Virus record (IMG/VR): IMGVR_UViG_3300046170_000254 | Span: 1-63,438 of that record | Length of the DNA stretch: 63,438 nucleotides | Direction: 5' to 3' (one strand) | From: a virus | Taxonomy: Duplodnaviria; Caudoviricetes | Shown: positions 10,578 to 19,781 of the stretch, piece by piece | How the letters are laid out: every line of letters begins with the position of its first letter | How positions within the stretch are numbered: position 1 is the first letter of the stretch | Made by a program: the position numbers and the translations under genes | The notes under the pieces: generated by a model | Told to the model about the DNA's origin: nothing | Seen by the model: the letters and a program-made list of their open reading frames with translations, nothing else | The model's database searches: none

Positions 10578-10901
10578 ATGGCAGGAATTATTAAAACCAG
10601 CATCAATTTAAGTGCAATTCCAAAAGAAGCTATTATCGTAGGTAAGAAAGGTAAGTATTTACCTGTAACAATTACTGTTAATGATGAAGTAGATCAATTT
10701 GGAAACCAAGGACCAGTTATTGTTTCACAAAGTAAAGAGGAACGAGAAGCTAAAACACCTAAAGTTTATTTAGGAAACAGTCAAGTAGTGTGGACCAATG
10801 GAGAATTTCCACAACCAGCACCACGTGACAATCAACAAGCTCAAGCCACTATGGCTGCGCAAGCACCTTCATCTCCAGCAGCAGACGATTTACCGTTCTA
10901 A
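10578..10901 (+). CDS. Single-stranded DNA-binding protein
   Basis: Acidic DDLPF tail; sits in the ERF/exonuclease/primase cluster. Confidence 0.75.
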   Translation: MAGIIKTSINLSAIPKEAIIVGKKGKYLPVTITVNDEVDQFGNQGPVIVSQSKEEREAKTPKVYLGNSQVVWTNGEFPQPAPRDNQQAQATMAAQAPSSPAADDLPF

Positions 10902-10966
10902 ATGGATGAAGATTTTTCTCATATAGTAAAAGATGAAGACGGCAACATTATTTTAATAGAAGATTA

Positions 10967-12682
10967 ATGATAAACAATACAGAGATCAATGGATATTTGA
11001 TTGATACATTCAATCAATACGATCTAGAAGTTGGGAAAACACAAGGCATATGTCCTGTATGTTCTCACACTAGAAAACCTGAAAATAAGAAACAGAAATG
11101 TGCTTCTTATGATTGGGAACGGGGTCTCGGTACTTGCCACAACTGTGATAAAACTTTTCAATTACATACTTACCAAAGAAAGGGTGGTTCTGATAGAATT
11201 TACGTTAGACCTCAAACCCCTGAGTTTGTTAAGGAAGTAAGTACTAAGGTAGAAGAATGGTTTAAATCACGAGGCATAAGTAAAGATACGCTCAAAGCTC
11301 TGAAGGTAACTGAGGGGCTTGAGTTTATGCCACAAACCGGTAAAACCGAGAATGCTATACACTTTAATTATTACATGGGTGATCAACTCATCAATGTAAA
11401 ATATAGAGATGGTAGAAAGAATTTTAAACTTTATAAGGGCGCTGAAAAAGTTTTCTATAATATAAATGGAATAGTTGGTTATGACTATTGTGTTATTGTA
11501 GAAGGCGAGATGGACGCCCTTTCTTTATATGAAGCAGGTATTGAGAATGTTGTTTCCGTACCTAATGGTGCTACATTAAATAGCAATAATTTAGATTACT
11601 TAGATAATTGCATTGATTACTTTGAAGATAAAGAAAAAGTAATTATAGCAGTCGATTCTGATGATGCTGGTCAAGCTTTACAAGCTGAATTAGTAAGAAG
11701 ATTAGGATCTGAGGTTTGTTATTTAGCTTCTTTTAAAGATTGTAAAGACGCTAACGAATATTTAACTCAATATGGAAAAGAAGAACTATCAAAGTGTATT
11801 GCAGGATCAAAGCCTGTACCGCTTGAGAATGTTACAACGTTCAGGGATATTGAAGATGAAATCACGGACTTTGTTAAGAATGGCTTTAAGCCAGGTTTTC
11901 AAATTGGCCTTCAAAATTTTGATGATATATTTTCAACTTATACTGGTCAGTTTATTACGGTCACTGGTATACCGTCTTCTGGGAAATCGGATTTCGTCGA
12001 TCAAATGGTTATTGGCTACAACAATAACTATGGCTGGAAAACAGCATTCGCTTCACCTGAAAATGTACCGACATACCTCCATGCTCATAAACTCATGCGA
12101 AAAATTTGGCAGGGTATGCCGTCAAAAAGTGATATTGGAGGAGATAAATGGACACAAGTAGCAGACCATTGTAATACTAATTTTTTTCATATTGATATGG
12201 AAAGATACACTCTTGAAGCAATATTAAAAAAAGGCGCTGAGCTAGTTAAACGTAAGGGAATAAAATGTTTAGTTATTGATCCTTTTAATAAGGTGAGAGA
12301 TATTAATTCAAAAACAGAGGATGTAAATAGGTATACAATGGAATACCTACAAAAAATAGAAATATTTGCAAAAAAATATGATGTATTAGTTTTTATTGTT
12401 GCACATCCTACAAAAATGTATAAAGATGCAAATGGAAAAATTGAAGAGCCAACTATGTATAACATCAAAGGAGGTGGTGAGTGGTATGATGCTAGTTATC
12501 ATGGCTTGCTTGTTCACAGGGATTACGAAAACAAAACAGTTAAAGCGAAGGTTCTTAAAGTAAAGTTTCAAAATTTAGGAGAAAATGGTGCCGAAGCTCA
12601 TTTTAAATGGGAACCTAAGTCAGGTTGTTTTATTCCTCATGAGCCTTTACAGATTCAGAGCGAACCGTTACCTTGGGAATAA
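10967..12682 (+). CDS. T7 gp4/Twinkle-like primase-helicase
   Basis: Zn finger CPVC...CHNC; TOPRIM IVEGEMDALS and DSDDAG; Walker A TGIPSSGKS; VIDPFN; VAHP. Confidence 0.95.
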   Translation: MINNTEINGYLIDTFNQYDLEVGKTQGICPVCSHTRKPENKKQKCASYDWERGLGTCHNCDKTFQLHTYQRKGGSDRIYVRPQTPEFVKEVSTKVEEWFKSRGISKDTLKALKVTEGLEFMPQTGKTENAIHFNYYMGDQLINVKYRDGRKNFKLYKGAEKVFYNINGIVGYDYCVIVEGEMDALSLYEAGIENVVSVPNGATLNSNNLDYLDNCIDYFEDKEKVIIAVDSDDAGQALQAELVRRLGSEVCYLASFKDCKDANEYLTQYGKEELSKCIAGSKPVPLENVTTFRDIEDEITDFVKNGFKPGFQIGLQNFDDIFSTYTGQFITVTGIPSSGKSDFVDQMVIGYNNNYGWKTAFASPENVPTYLHAHKLMRKIWQGMPSKSDIGGDKWTQVADHCNTNFFHIDMERYTLEAILKKGAELVKRKGIKCLVIDPFNKVRDINSKTEDVNRYTMEYLQKIEIFAKKYDVLVFIVAHPTKMYKDANGKIEEPTMYNIKGGGEWYDASYHGLLVHRDYENKTVKAKVLKVKFQNLGENGAEAHFKWEPKSGCFIPHEPLQIQSEPLPWE

Positions 12683-12946
12683 ATGGCGAAACCAAAAACA
12701 ATATGGATGCCAGAGCATTCTCCGTCCAAAGAACAAACAAAATGGCACAATTTTTGTATAAACCAAGGTATTATAATATCACCTATTGCAGCTCAGCAAG
12801 GACCAAATCCTACTGAGTGGAAGATTGGCATTTCTTTTATGCCTAATTTTAAAAAGATTAATTTAACCCCTAGTGTTTACATTAGAGATATTATATGGGA
12901 AGAAACGTATAATTTAAAAAAATATTATTATGATAAATATAGATGA
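12683..12946 (+). CDS. Hypothetical protein
   Basis: ORF abutting its neighbours. Confidence 0.6.
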   Translation: MAKPKTIWMPEHSPSKEQTKWHNFCINQGIIISPIAAQQGPNPTEWKIGISFMPNFKKINLTPSVYIRDIIWEETYNLKKYYYDKYR

Positions 12947-13754
12947 GGAATACAAAGGATTATTATCCGGAGTATTTTATGGAGGGAAACCCAAAGATGA
13001 TAGAACAGGAGTAGGTACTAGCGCTGTTTTCGGCAGAACGATTAGGCATGATATGAGTGGTGGGTTCCCTCTTTTAACAACTAAAAAAATAAATTTTAAT
13101 CATGCACTTACGGAAATACTATGGATACTTCAGGGTAGGACTGATATGCAATACCTTATTAACCATAATGTTAATTATTGGACTCCCAACTATGAGGCCT
13201 CAGGAAGGACTGATGGAACTCTTGGCAAGGTTTACGGTTTTCAATGGAGAAATTTCAATGGGGTTGATCAGTTGTTTAACTTATTATTGGACATCAAAAC
13301 AAATCCATCTTCGAGAAGACTTATGGTTAATGCTTGGAATCCTGCTGATTTCGACGATATGGCATTGCCTCCTTGTCATTATGGTTTTCAAGTCTATATA
13401 AATAATGGTGTGATGGATCTTATGTGGCAACAAAGGTCTGTTGATATATTCTTAGGCTTACCATACGATATAGCTATGTACGGGTTACTTTTAGAAATGC
13501 TAGCTAAAGGAAATGGATATAAAGCAGGCCAGCTAATAGGTCAACTAGGAGATTGTCATTTATATAATAATCATATGGAGCAAGCTAAGCAACAACTATC
13601 AAGAGATAATAAAGTATTACCTAAATTAGATTTATCTTTTGGTTTAAAAATTCAAGAAGGAGCTGGAAATTTTGTTTTTATTCCTTCACATAATATGTTT
13701 AAATTAAATAATTATGAATCCCACCCACAAATCAAAGCAAAACTTGCGGTTTAA
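12930..13754 (+). CDS. thyA: Thymidylate synthase
   Basis: DRTGVGT, FPLLTTKK, YGFQWR, SRR, MALPPCH, QRSVDIFLGLPY, GDCHLY. Confidence 0.97.
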   Translation: MINIDEEYKGLLSGVFYGGKPKDDRTGVGTSAVFGRTIRHDMSGGFPLLTTKKINFNHALTEILWILQGRTDMQYLINHNVNYWTPNYEASGRTDGTLGKVYGFQWRNFNGVDQLFNLLLDIKTNPSSRRLMVNAWNPADFDDMALPPCHYGFQVYINNGVMDLMWQQRSVDIFLGLPYDIAMYGLLLEMLAKGNGYKAGQLIGQLGDCHLYNNHMEQAKQQLSRDNKVLPKLDLSFGLKIQEGAGNFVFIPSHNMFKLNNYESHPQIKAKLAV

Positions 13755-13837
13755 ATTTTGGTTTAAAGAAGCAAATTATCCTGCAAAATGGCTTTCACAA
13801 GAAAGCGTTAATATTATAAATAAAATTATAAAAAAAA

Positions 13838-14605
13838 ATGAATAGTACGTATTATATTTATCATATACCTGGTAAAAAAATAGGCGTAGCACGTGATTTA
13901 AAAAAGAGAGTTACGCTTGTGCAGGGATATAGTCCTAATGAATATGAAGTTTTAGATTCTTCTAATGATATTAATTATATATCTAATAGAGAAATAGAAC
14001 TTCAAAAATATTATGGATATAAAGTAGATAGAAAATTATATAAAAATTTATTTAAAAAAATGAAATCAAATTCAACTACTCAAACAACTACATTTAAAGT
14101 TCATTTAACTGATTTAAGAGGTCATTTAGAAAATGAATTAACATATGGCTACGAATGGAAAACTCCATTAGGTACATTTAAATTAACTAAAGAATCTTCT
14201 GAATGGATATTAAAAAATTCTTATGTTTCACAGTTTGATAAAAATAGCTGCTACATTTATAATAAAGCTTTTTATGAGGCTTTTATGGCGCAACCAACGT
14301 ACAACAAGGAAAACATATTTGGACTCATTAGAGACTGGGCAGACGAGCGTGGTATCTATGATAAGGGAGATGTTAAAACTCAATTAATTAAATTATATGA
14401 AGAATCAGGAGAATTATCGCAAGGAATACTTAAAGACAGCAAACCAGATATTATCGACGCTATTGGTGATTGTGTCGTTGTTCTTACTAATCTCGCCTAC
14501 CTTGCAGGTACTGACATTGAAAGCTGTATTCAGTCTGCTTATGATGAAATATCTACTAGAACTGGTAAAATGAATAATGGAACATTTGTAAAAGATCAGT
14601 TATGA
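13838..14605 (+). CDS. MazG-like NTP pyrophosphohydrolase with a GIY-YIG-like N-terminal extension
   Basis: C-terminal WADERGI...KLYEESGEL...DAIGDCVVVL; N-terminal YYIYHIPGKKIG. Confidence 0.8.
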   Translation: MNSTYYIYHIPGKKIGVARDLKKRVTLVQGYSPNEYEVLDSSNDINYISNREIELQKYYGYKVDRKLYKNLFKKMKSNSTTQTTTFKVHLTDLRGHLENELTYGYEWKTPLGTFKLTKESSEWILKNSYVSQFDKNSCYIYNKAFYEAFMAQPTYNKENIFGLIRDWADERGIYDKGDVKTQLIKLYEESGELSQGILKDSKPDIIDAIGDCVVVLTNLAYLAGTDIESCIQSAYDEISTRTGKMNNGTFVKDQL

Positions 14606-14838
14606 GAGATAAAATAATAGAAAGAGTTATAAGCAAAATAACATCTAGATCAGATGTAGGGTTTTCAAAGTATGGTGTTACCATGCATGATGATAATAAT
14701 ACAACATTAGATGGTTGGCTTAATCACTTGCAAGAAGAATTAATGGATGCTGTTAATTATATTGAAAAAACACGCATGGTACTTAGAGAGGAAATAGAAG
14801 AATGTTATATTAGAGATGCTAAGAAAAAGGAGGAGTAA
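14602..14838 (+). CDS. Small helical phage protein (KYG...WLNHLQEELMDAVNY), possibly of the all-alpha NTP-PPase fold
   Basis: Motif pattern; ATGA overlap. Confidence 0.6.
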   Translation: MRDKIIERVISKITSRSDVGFSKYGVTMHDDNNTTLDGWLNHLQEELMDAVNYIEKTRMVLREEIEECYIRDAKKKEE

Positions 14839-15271
14839 GAAAAAACAAGGACCAGTAAGAGCTAAGAAGATTAGCTATGATGGTCATAACTTTGCTTCAG
14901 GGTTAGAAAGATATATGTATATGGCTTTAAAGAAAGCTAAGATAAGAGCAAAGTATGAGGGAGAAACATTTGTTTTAGTAAATGGTTTTCATTTTGAAAA
15001 TGAAAGTTATGAAAGACAAGCTAATTCAAAAGGTGATTTTACTAATAGAGGTGGTAAAAGAATACTACCTATAAAGTATACGCCTGATTTTATTGGTGAA
15101 GATTTTATAATAGAAACCAAAGGTAGACCAAATGAATCTTTTCCTATAAGATGGAAGTTGTTTAAAAAATTAATGACTGAACAATTTCCTGGATATATTT
15201 TATTTAAACCACAAAATCAAAAGGAATGCGACAGGGTAATAGAAATCATATTACAAAAGAAAAAAAAGTAG
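14816..15271 (+). CDS. T7 endonuclease I-like Holliday junction resolvase
   Basis: FASGLE, YE, YTPDF, IIETKG. Confidence 0.8.
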   Translation: MLRKRRSKKKQGPVRAKKISYDGHNFASGLERYMYMALKKAKIRAKYEGETFVLVNGFHFENESYERQANSKGDFTNRGGKRILPIKYTPDFIGEDFIIETKGRPNESFPIRWKLFKKLMTEQFPGYILFKPQNQKECDRVIEIILQKKKK

Positions 15272-15529
15272 CTCGCTTAAAGTATGCTGAGAGGCAAATT
15301 GAAAAGTGGATTAAGTGGTCTATACAAAATAGAGGCTATGTAAAATATAAAGAAATTGTAGAAATACATGATAGATACAATATTAAATGTTTATGAAAAA
15401 TTGGGAACTTAGCATTGGTTTTTATCCTGGATTACTTCTAGGCATAAGATCTTATGTAGAAAAAGAATTTGTAGAACACGTTTTATATCTACCTTTTGTA
15501 GATATATCATTAAAAATTGAAAAATAAAT

Positions 15530-16498
15530 ATGGGATTATTTACACCTAGAATACCTTACAAACCATTTGAATATGCAGAATACTATACAGAGGGCTGGTT
15601 AAAACAAGCTCAAGCATTTTGGCTGCATACAGAAATACCTATGTCAGGTGATGTTAAAGATTGGAACGAAAAGCTAACACCTGAAGAAAAAAGTTTAGTT
15701 GGCAATATATTATTAGGCTTTGCTCAAACTGAATGTGCTGTATCCGATTACTGGACACAAAAAGTTGTGGGTTGGTTTCCAAAGCACGAAATACAACAAA
15801 TGGCTATGATGTTTGGTTCACAAGAAACAATACATGCTGTAGCTTACAGTTATTTAAATGAAACTCTTGGCCTTGAAAACTTTGAAGCGTTCTTACAAGA
15901 CGAAGCTACAATGGAAAGGTTTGATAATTTAGTTGGCTATGAAGGAAACGATACTAAAAAAATTGCAAAAAGTCTTGCAGTGTTTAGTGCATTTGCAGAA
16001 GGCGTTAGTTTATATTCTGCTTTTGCGGTTCTTTATTCTTTCCAACTACGTAACTTGCTTAAGGGAATAGGACAGCAAATGAAATGGAGTGTACGTGATG
16101 AATCATTACATTCTAAAATGGGTTGTAGATTATTTAGACAGATGTGCGAAGAAGACAAAAACCTTTTAAACGATTGTAGAGATGATGTTATTGCAGCCGC
16201 AACAACAATGCTTGCCGCAGAAGAAAAATATATTGATAGAATGTTTGAAGCCGGAGATGTCGAAGGAATTAAATCTTATGATCTTAAACAATTCATTAGA
16301 AAAAGACTTAATGAGAAGCTACAAGAACTTGGTTACTTCGACCTCGGGTTGTACTTTGAATTTAATGAATCAGCCTCAAATAATCTTGATTGGTTCTACC
16401 ACCTTACAGGCGGGCATACTCACACTGACTTTTTTGCTGTTCGCCCAACTGATTATTCTAAAGCAAATGAAGGAGAAGACTTTGAAGATATTTGGTAA
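15530..16498 (+). CDS. nrdB: Ribonucleotide reductase class Ia beta subunit
   Basis: QETIHAVAY, AEGVSLYSAF, RDESLH, DFFA. Confidence 0.95.
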   Translation: MGLFTPRIPYKPFEYAEYYTEGWLKQAQAFWLHTEIPMSGDVKDWNEKLTPEEKSLVGNILLGFAQTECAVSDYWTQKVVGWFPKHEIQQMAMMFGSQETIHAVAYSYLNETLGLENFEAFLQDEATMERFDNLVGYEGNDTKKIAKSLAVFSAFAEGVSLYSAFAVLYSFQLRNLLKGIGQQMKWSVRDESLHSKMGCRLFRQMCEEDKNLLNDCRDDVIAAATTMLAAEEKYIDRMFEAGDVEGIKSYDLKQFIRKRLNEKLQELGYFDLGLYFEFNESASNNLDWFYHLTGGHTHTDFFAVRPTDYSKANEGEDFEDIW

Positions 16499-16513
16499 TG
16501 AAAAATAAATTAA

Positions 16514-16726
16514 ATGAAAGAAAACAAAATAATAGAAATGCGCAACAAAGTGGAAACACTGGGGGCGGTGGTTCAGAAGATGCTGGGCGAACTAGAAAAC
16601 CTAAGAGACCTCTCAGTTGGGACGCTAGAGACATTAAAACGTATTCCGGGTTATCAGGAAGCACTGGACGATTTACAGAAAGATTTTTTGAACAAGAAGA
16701 AGACTGAAGATAATGAATTGGAATAA
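16514..16726 (+). CDS. Hypothetical coiled-coil protein between the RNR subunits
   Basis: ORF track; overlaps the nrdA start. Confidence 0.6.
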   Translation: MKENKIIEMRNKVETLGAVVQKMLGELENLRDLSVGTLETLKRIPGYQEALDDLQKDFLNKKKTEDNELE

Positions 16727-18458
16727 TGATTGGATAAAAGGCGAAGATTACCCAACCTGGGGGGATACTGAAGTCTATAAAAAAACAATAACAGGTGGAT
16801 ATTTATTACAAGGCGAATCTCCAAAAGACGCTTATATGCGTGTTTCTAATGCTGTTGCGAAGCGTTTGTACAAGCCAGAGCTAGCTGAAAAGTTTTTTGA
16901 TTACATATGGAGGGGGTGGTTGTGCTTAGCTTCACCTGTGCTTTCCAATACGGGTACAGATAGAGGTTTACCTATTAGTTGTTTTGGTATTGACGTAGCA
17001 GATAGCATTCAGGATATTGGTCAAAAGAATTTAGAAATGATGTTACTGGCTAAACACGGCGGGGGTGTTGGTATCGGAATAAATATGATTCGCCCTGCCG
17101 GAGCTAAAATTACAGGTAATGGAACAAGTGATGGAGTGGTCCCGTTTTGCAAGATATACGATTCAACAATACTTGCCACTAATCAAGGATCTGTCCGCAG
17201 AGGAGCTGCGTCAGTTAACATTAATATTGATCATCCCGACTTTGAAGAATGGGTGGAGATCAGAGAACCTAAAGGAGACGTCAATAGGCAGTCCCTTAAC
17301 TTACACCAGTGCGCTGTGGTCGGTGACAAGTTTATGCGAAGACTTAGTGAAGGAGATAAAGAAGCTAGACGTAAATGGGGAAAGTTATTACAAAAACGTA
17401 AAGCAACTGGAGAACCTTATATTCTCTTTAAGGGAAATACAAACAAGAATAACCCAAAAGCATACAAATCAAATGGGCTCAAGGTTCATATGACAAATAT
17501 ATGTAGTGAGATTACATTACATACAGATGAATCACATTCTTTTGTTTGTTGTTTATCTTCATTGAATTTAGATAAATACGATGAATGGAAAAATACTAAT
17601 TTAATTTATGATGCTACATGGTTTTTAGACGGAGTGCTGGAGGAGTTTATTCAAAAAGCAAAGAATATGAAAGGGTTCGAAAACTCTGTCCGCAGTGCGG
17701 AAAAAGGGCGTGCCCTTGGTCTAGGAGTATTGGGCTGGCACAGTCTACTCCAGAAGAATGGCATTGCGTTCGAAGGTTTATTAGCTCAATTTAAAACACG
17801 TGAAATTTTTAGCAAAATTAAGATTGAGTCTGAAAGAGCATCGCGAGATCTTGCAGAGGTATATGGGGAGCCGCTCTGGTGCGTCGGTACTGGTATGCGC
17901 AACACTCATCTTCGATCTGTGGCCCCTACAGTCTCTAACAGCAAGCTTAGCGGTAACGTATCTCCTGGAATTGAGCCTTGGGCTGCTAACGTATTTACAG
18001 AGCAAAGTGCTAAAGGTACGTTTATTAGAAAGAATAAAGAACTTAAAAAAGTATTAAGAAAAATTGGAATTGATGTTAAAGAAACTTGGGACAAAATTTT
18101 GGAAGATGGTGGATCCGTTCAAGGGATTAAAGAACTCGATGGATGGTTTTATGATCACTCGGGAAAGCTTAATGAAAAAGAAGGAGAACCCTTAAAGAAT
18201 GTTTTTAAAACATTTAAAGAAATTAATCAATTAGAATTAGTTAACCAAGCGGGTATACGCCAAGACTATATTGATCAATCAGTAAGTCTTAATTTAGCAT
18301 TTCCGTCTGTGGCAGATCCTAAATGGTTAAACAGGGTTCATATGGAAGCATGGAAAAAAGGTGTTAAAACTTTATATTACATGCGAACTGAATCAGTATT
18401 AAGAGGTGATATTGCTGCTAATGCAATGGATCCTGATTGTTTAAGTTGTGATGGATAA
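16713..18458 (+). CDS. nrdA: Ribonucleotide reductase class Ia alpha subunit, no ATP cone
   Basis: ASPVLSN, PISCF, TNICSEI, APTVS, DQSVSLN, KTLYY, C-terminal CLSCDG. Confidence 0.96.
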   Translation: MNWNNDWIKGEDYPTWGDTEVYKKTITGGYLLQGESPKDAYMRVSNAVAKRLYKPELAEKFFDYIWRGWLCLASPVLSNTGTDRGLPISCFGIDVADSIQDIGQKNLEMMLLAKHGGGVGIGINMIRPAGAKITGNGTSDGVVPFCKIYDSTILATNQGSVRRGAASVNINIDHPDFEEWVEIREPKGDVNRQSLNLHQCAVVGDKFMRRLSEGDKEARRKWGKLLQKRKATGEPYILFKGNTNKNNPKAYKSNGLKVHMTNICSEITLHTDESHSFVCCLSSLNLDKYDEWKNTNLIYDATWFLDGVLEEFIQKAKNMKGFENSVRSAEKGRALGLGVLGWHSLLQKNGIAFEGLLAQFKTREIFSKIKIESERASRDLAEVYGEPLWCVGTGMRNTHLRSVAPTVSNSKLSGNVSPGIEPWAANVFTEQSAKGTFIRKNKELKKVLRKIGIDVKETWDKILEDGGSVQGIKELDGWFYDHSGKLNEKEGEPLKNVFKTFKEINQLELVNQAGIRQDYIDQSVSLNLAFPSVADPKWLNRVHMEAWKKGVKTLYYMRTESVLRGDIAANAMDPDCLSCDG

Positions 18459-18464
18459 AAAATT

Positions 18465-18496
18465 AAGGGGTAGTCAATTAAGATTACCCCTTTTTT
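18465..18496. terminator. Intrinsic terminator at the convergence of the two arms
   Basis: GGGTAGTC-loop-GATTACCC stem followed by a T run, with an A run upstream. Confidence 0.8.
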
Positions 18497-18515
18497 ATTT
18501 AAACATTATATTGTT

Positions 18516-18875
18516 TTACTTTTTAAATTCAAAATTATCACCTGATAATGCTAACTTATCAATTACTTCACTTTGATAATCTCTTAACATTTTTTCTAAC
18601 TTATCTTTTTCTAAAACAATTTGTGCTACTTGTCCCTCTAAAGATTCGTTTTTAGATTTTAATGATTCAAGCTCTTCTGGATTTTTACCTATAAATGTAT
18701 ATATTACTACCGATAAAGATCCGACTAGCATACCTACTATTACTTTAAATATATCATTATTTGTTTCTGGTATTTCATAAAATGCTAAAAATAATAACAG
18801 AGCCATAACTAATAAAAATACAGTAGCTGCTCCAATATATCCTCTCATTTCTTTATTTGCAAAAGGGTTTTTCAT
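18516..18875 (-). CDS. Two-TM membrane protein with a coiled coil (lysis module)
   Basis: Two hydrophobic segments followed by heptads. Confidence 0.6.
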   Translation of the reverse strand: MKNPFANKEMRGYIGAATVFLLVMALLLFLAFYEIPETNNDIFKVIVGMLVGSLSVVIYTFIGKNPEELESLKSKNESLEGQVAQIVLEKDKLEKMLRDYQSEVIDKLALSGDNFEFKK

Positions 18876-18878
18876 AAT

Positions 18879-19172
18879 TTATTTTTTTTTGCGGTCAATA
18901 TCTCTTCTTAAATATTCTATGTCTTTCATAAAAGCACGCATTTCTGCTTCTAAAGATTTTACTTCTTCTTCTGTTTTTCTTTGGTTAGGCCAAGTGTACT
19001 TCTGTTCGTTTTCTTTTAGTTTTTTCGTTGATACTTCTACAGCTTGTATTCTAGCATTTAAAGTATAATATGATCCTACTATTGAAGCGAACATTGCAAG
19101 TATTGTAATAATTTGGGGTAAACTTATACTTATGTCAGCTTTTCCATCTCCATCTAAATCAATTTTTGCCAT
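18879..19172 (-). CDS. Single-TM coiled-coil protein (lysis module)
   Basis: DLDGDG, then a TM segment and a coiled coil. Confidence 0.55.
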   Translation of the reverse strand: MAKIDLDGDGKADISISLPQIITILAMFASIVGSYYTLNARIQAVEVSTKKLKENEQKYTWPNQRKTEEEVKSLEAEMRAFMKDIEYLRRDIDRKKK

Positions 19173-19317
19173 TGTCTTTAACTTTTTTTATAATACTTAT
19201 TGTTGTATATATTATTGCTAATGCTAAACTGCATGCCTGCAGAATTTCATTTGCATCTGACATACTAAGCCCGAAGGCAAATGCATTAGTAATTACTATT
19301 TTTAAATCTTGCATTTT
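19159..19317 (-). CDS. Holin-like small membrane protein
   Basis: MQDLKIVITNAFAFG..., two hydrophobic helices and a basic tail, next to the endolysin. Confidence 0.5.
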   Translation of the reverse strand, partial: KMQDLKIVITNAFAFGLSMSDANEILQACSLALAIIYTTISIIKKVKDNGKN

Positions 19318-19775
19318 TATATTATTATGTAGGTGGTTTTGCCGTTTATCCTTTGCGCTTTTAAGCATCTTTTTCTATTTTGATCTTCAGAAACATAGCT
19401 TACATGCACCCAGTTAGGATTTTTATCGGTACCAAATTCCCATATTAATTGATCAAAGCTAAGATTGTTTTTTATGTATTCAAACATCTCAGCGTTTGTT
19501 TTATGTCCATGCGTATCATCAATATCAATAGCTCTACCCTCACAGTGTTGTGATCTTGAACTTCCTCCAATCGCTTTGTTTAATTCAACACACCGATAAA
19601 AAGAATTAATTTTAATAGGCCCGCCGACCCACTCTCTTAAAGGTTCAAAAACATTGACAGCTATATTAACCATATTAGATTCTTCGTAGTCTCCTGGAGT
19701 ATTATCAATACCCTTCCTGGTTGCTGTATTAGATCTTGTTGCTTCTTTGTAAGATATATGATTAGATATTTTCAT
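19317..19775 (-). CDS. Endolysin, peptidase M15A family
   Basis: INSFYRC..LNKAIGGS.RSQHCEGRAID...WVHVSY. Confidence 0.9.
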   Translation of the reverse strand: MKISNHISYKEATRSNTATRKGIDNTPGDYEESNMVNIAVNVFEPLREWVGGPIKINSFYRCVELNKAIGGSSRSQHCEGRAIDIDDTHGHKTNAEMFEYIKNNLSFDQLIWEFGTDKNPNWVHVSYVSEDQNRKRCLKAQRINGKTTYIII

Positions 19776-19781
19776 TTAATT

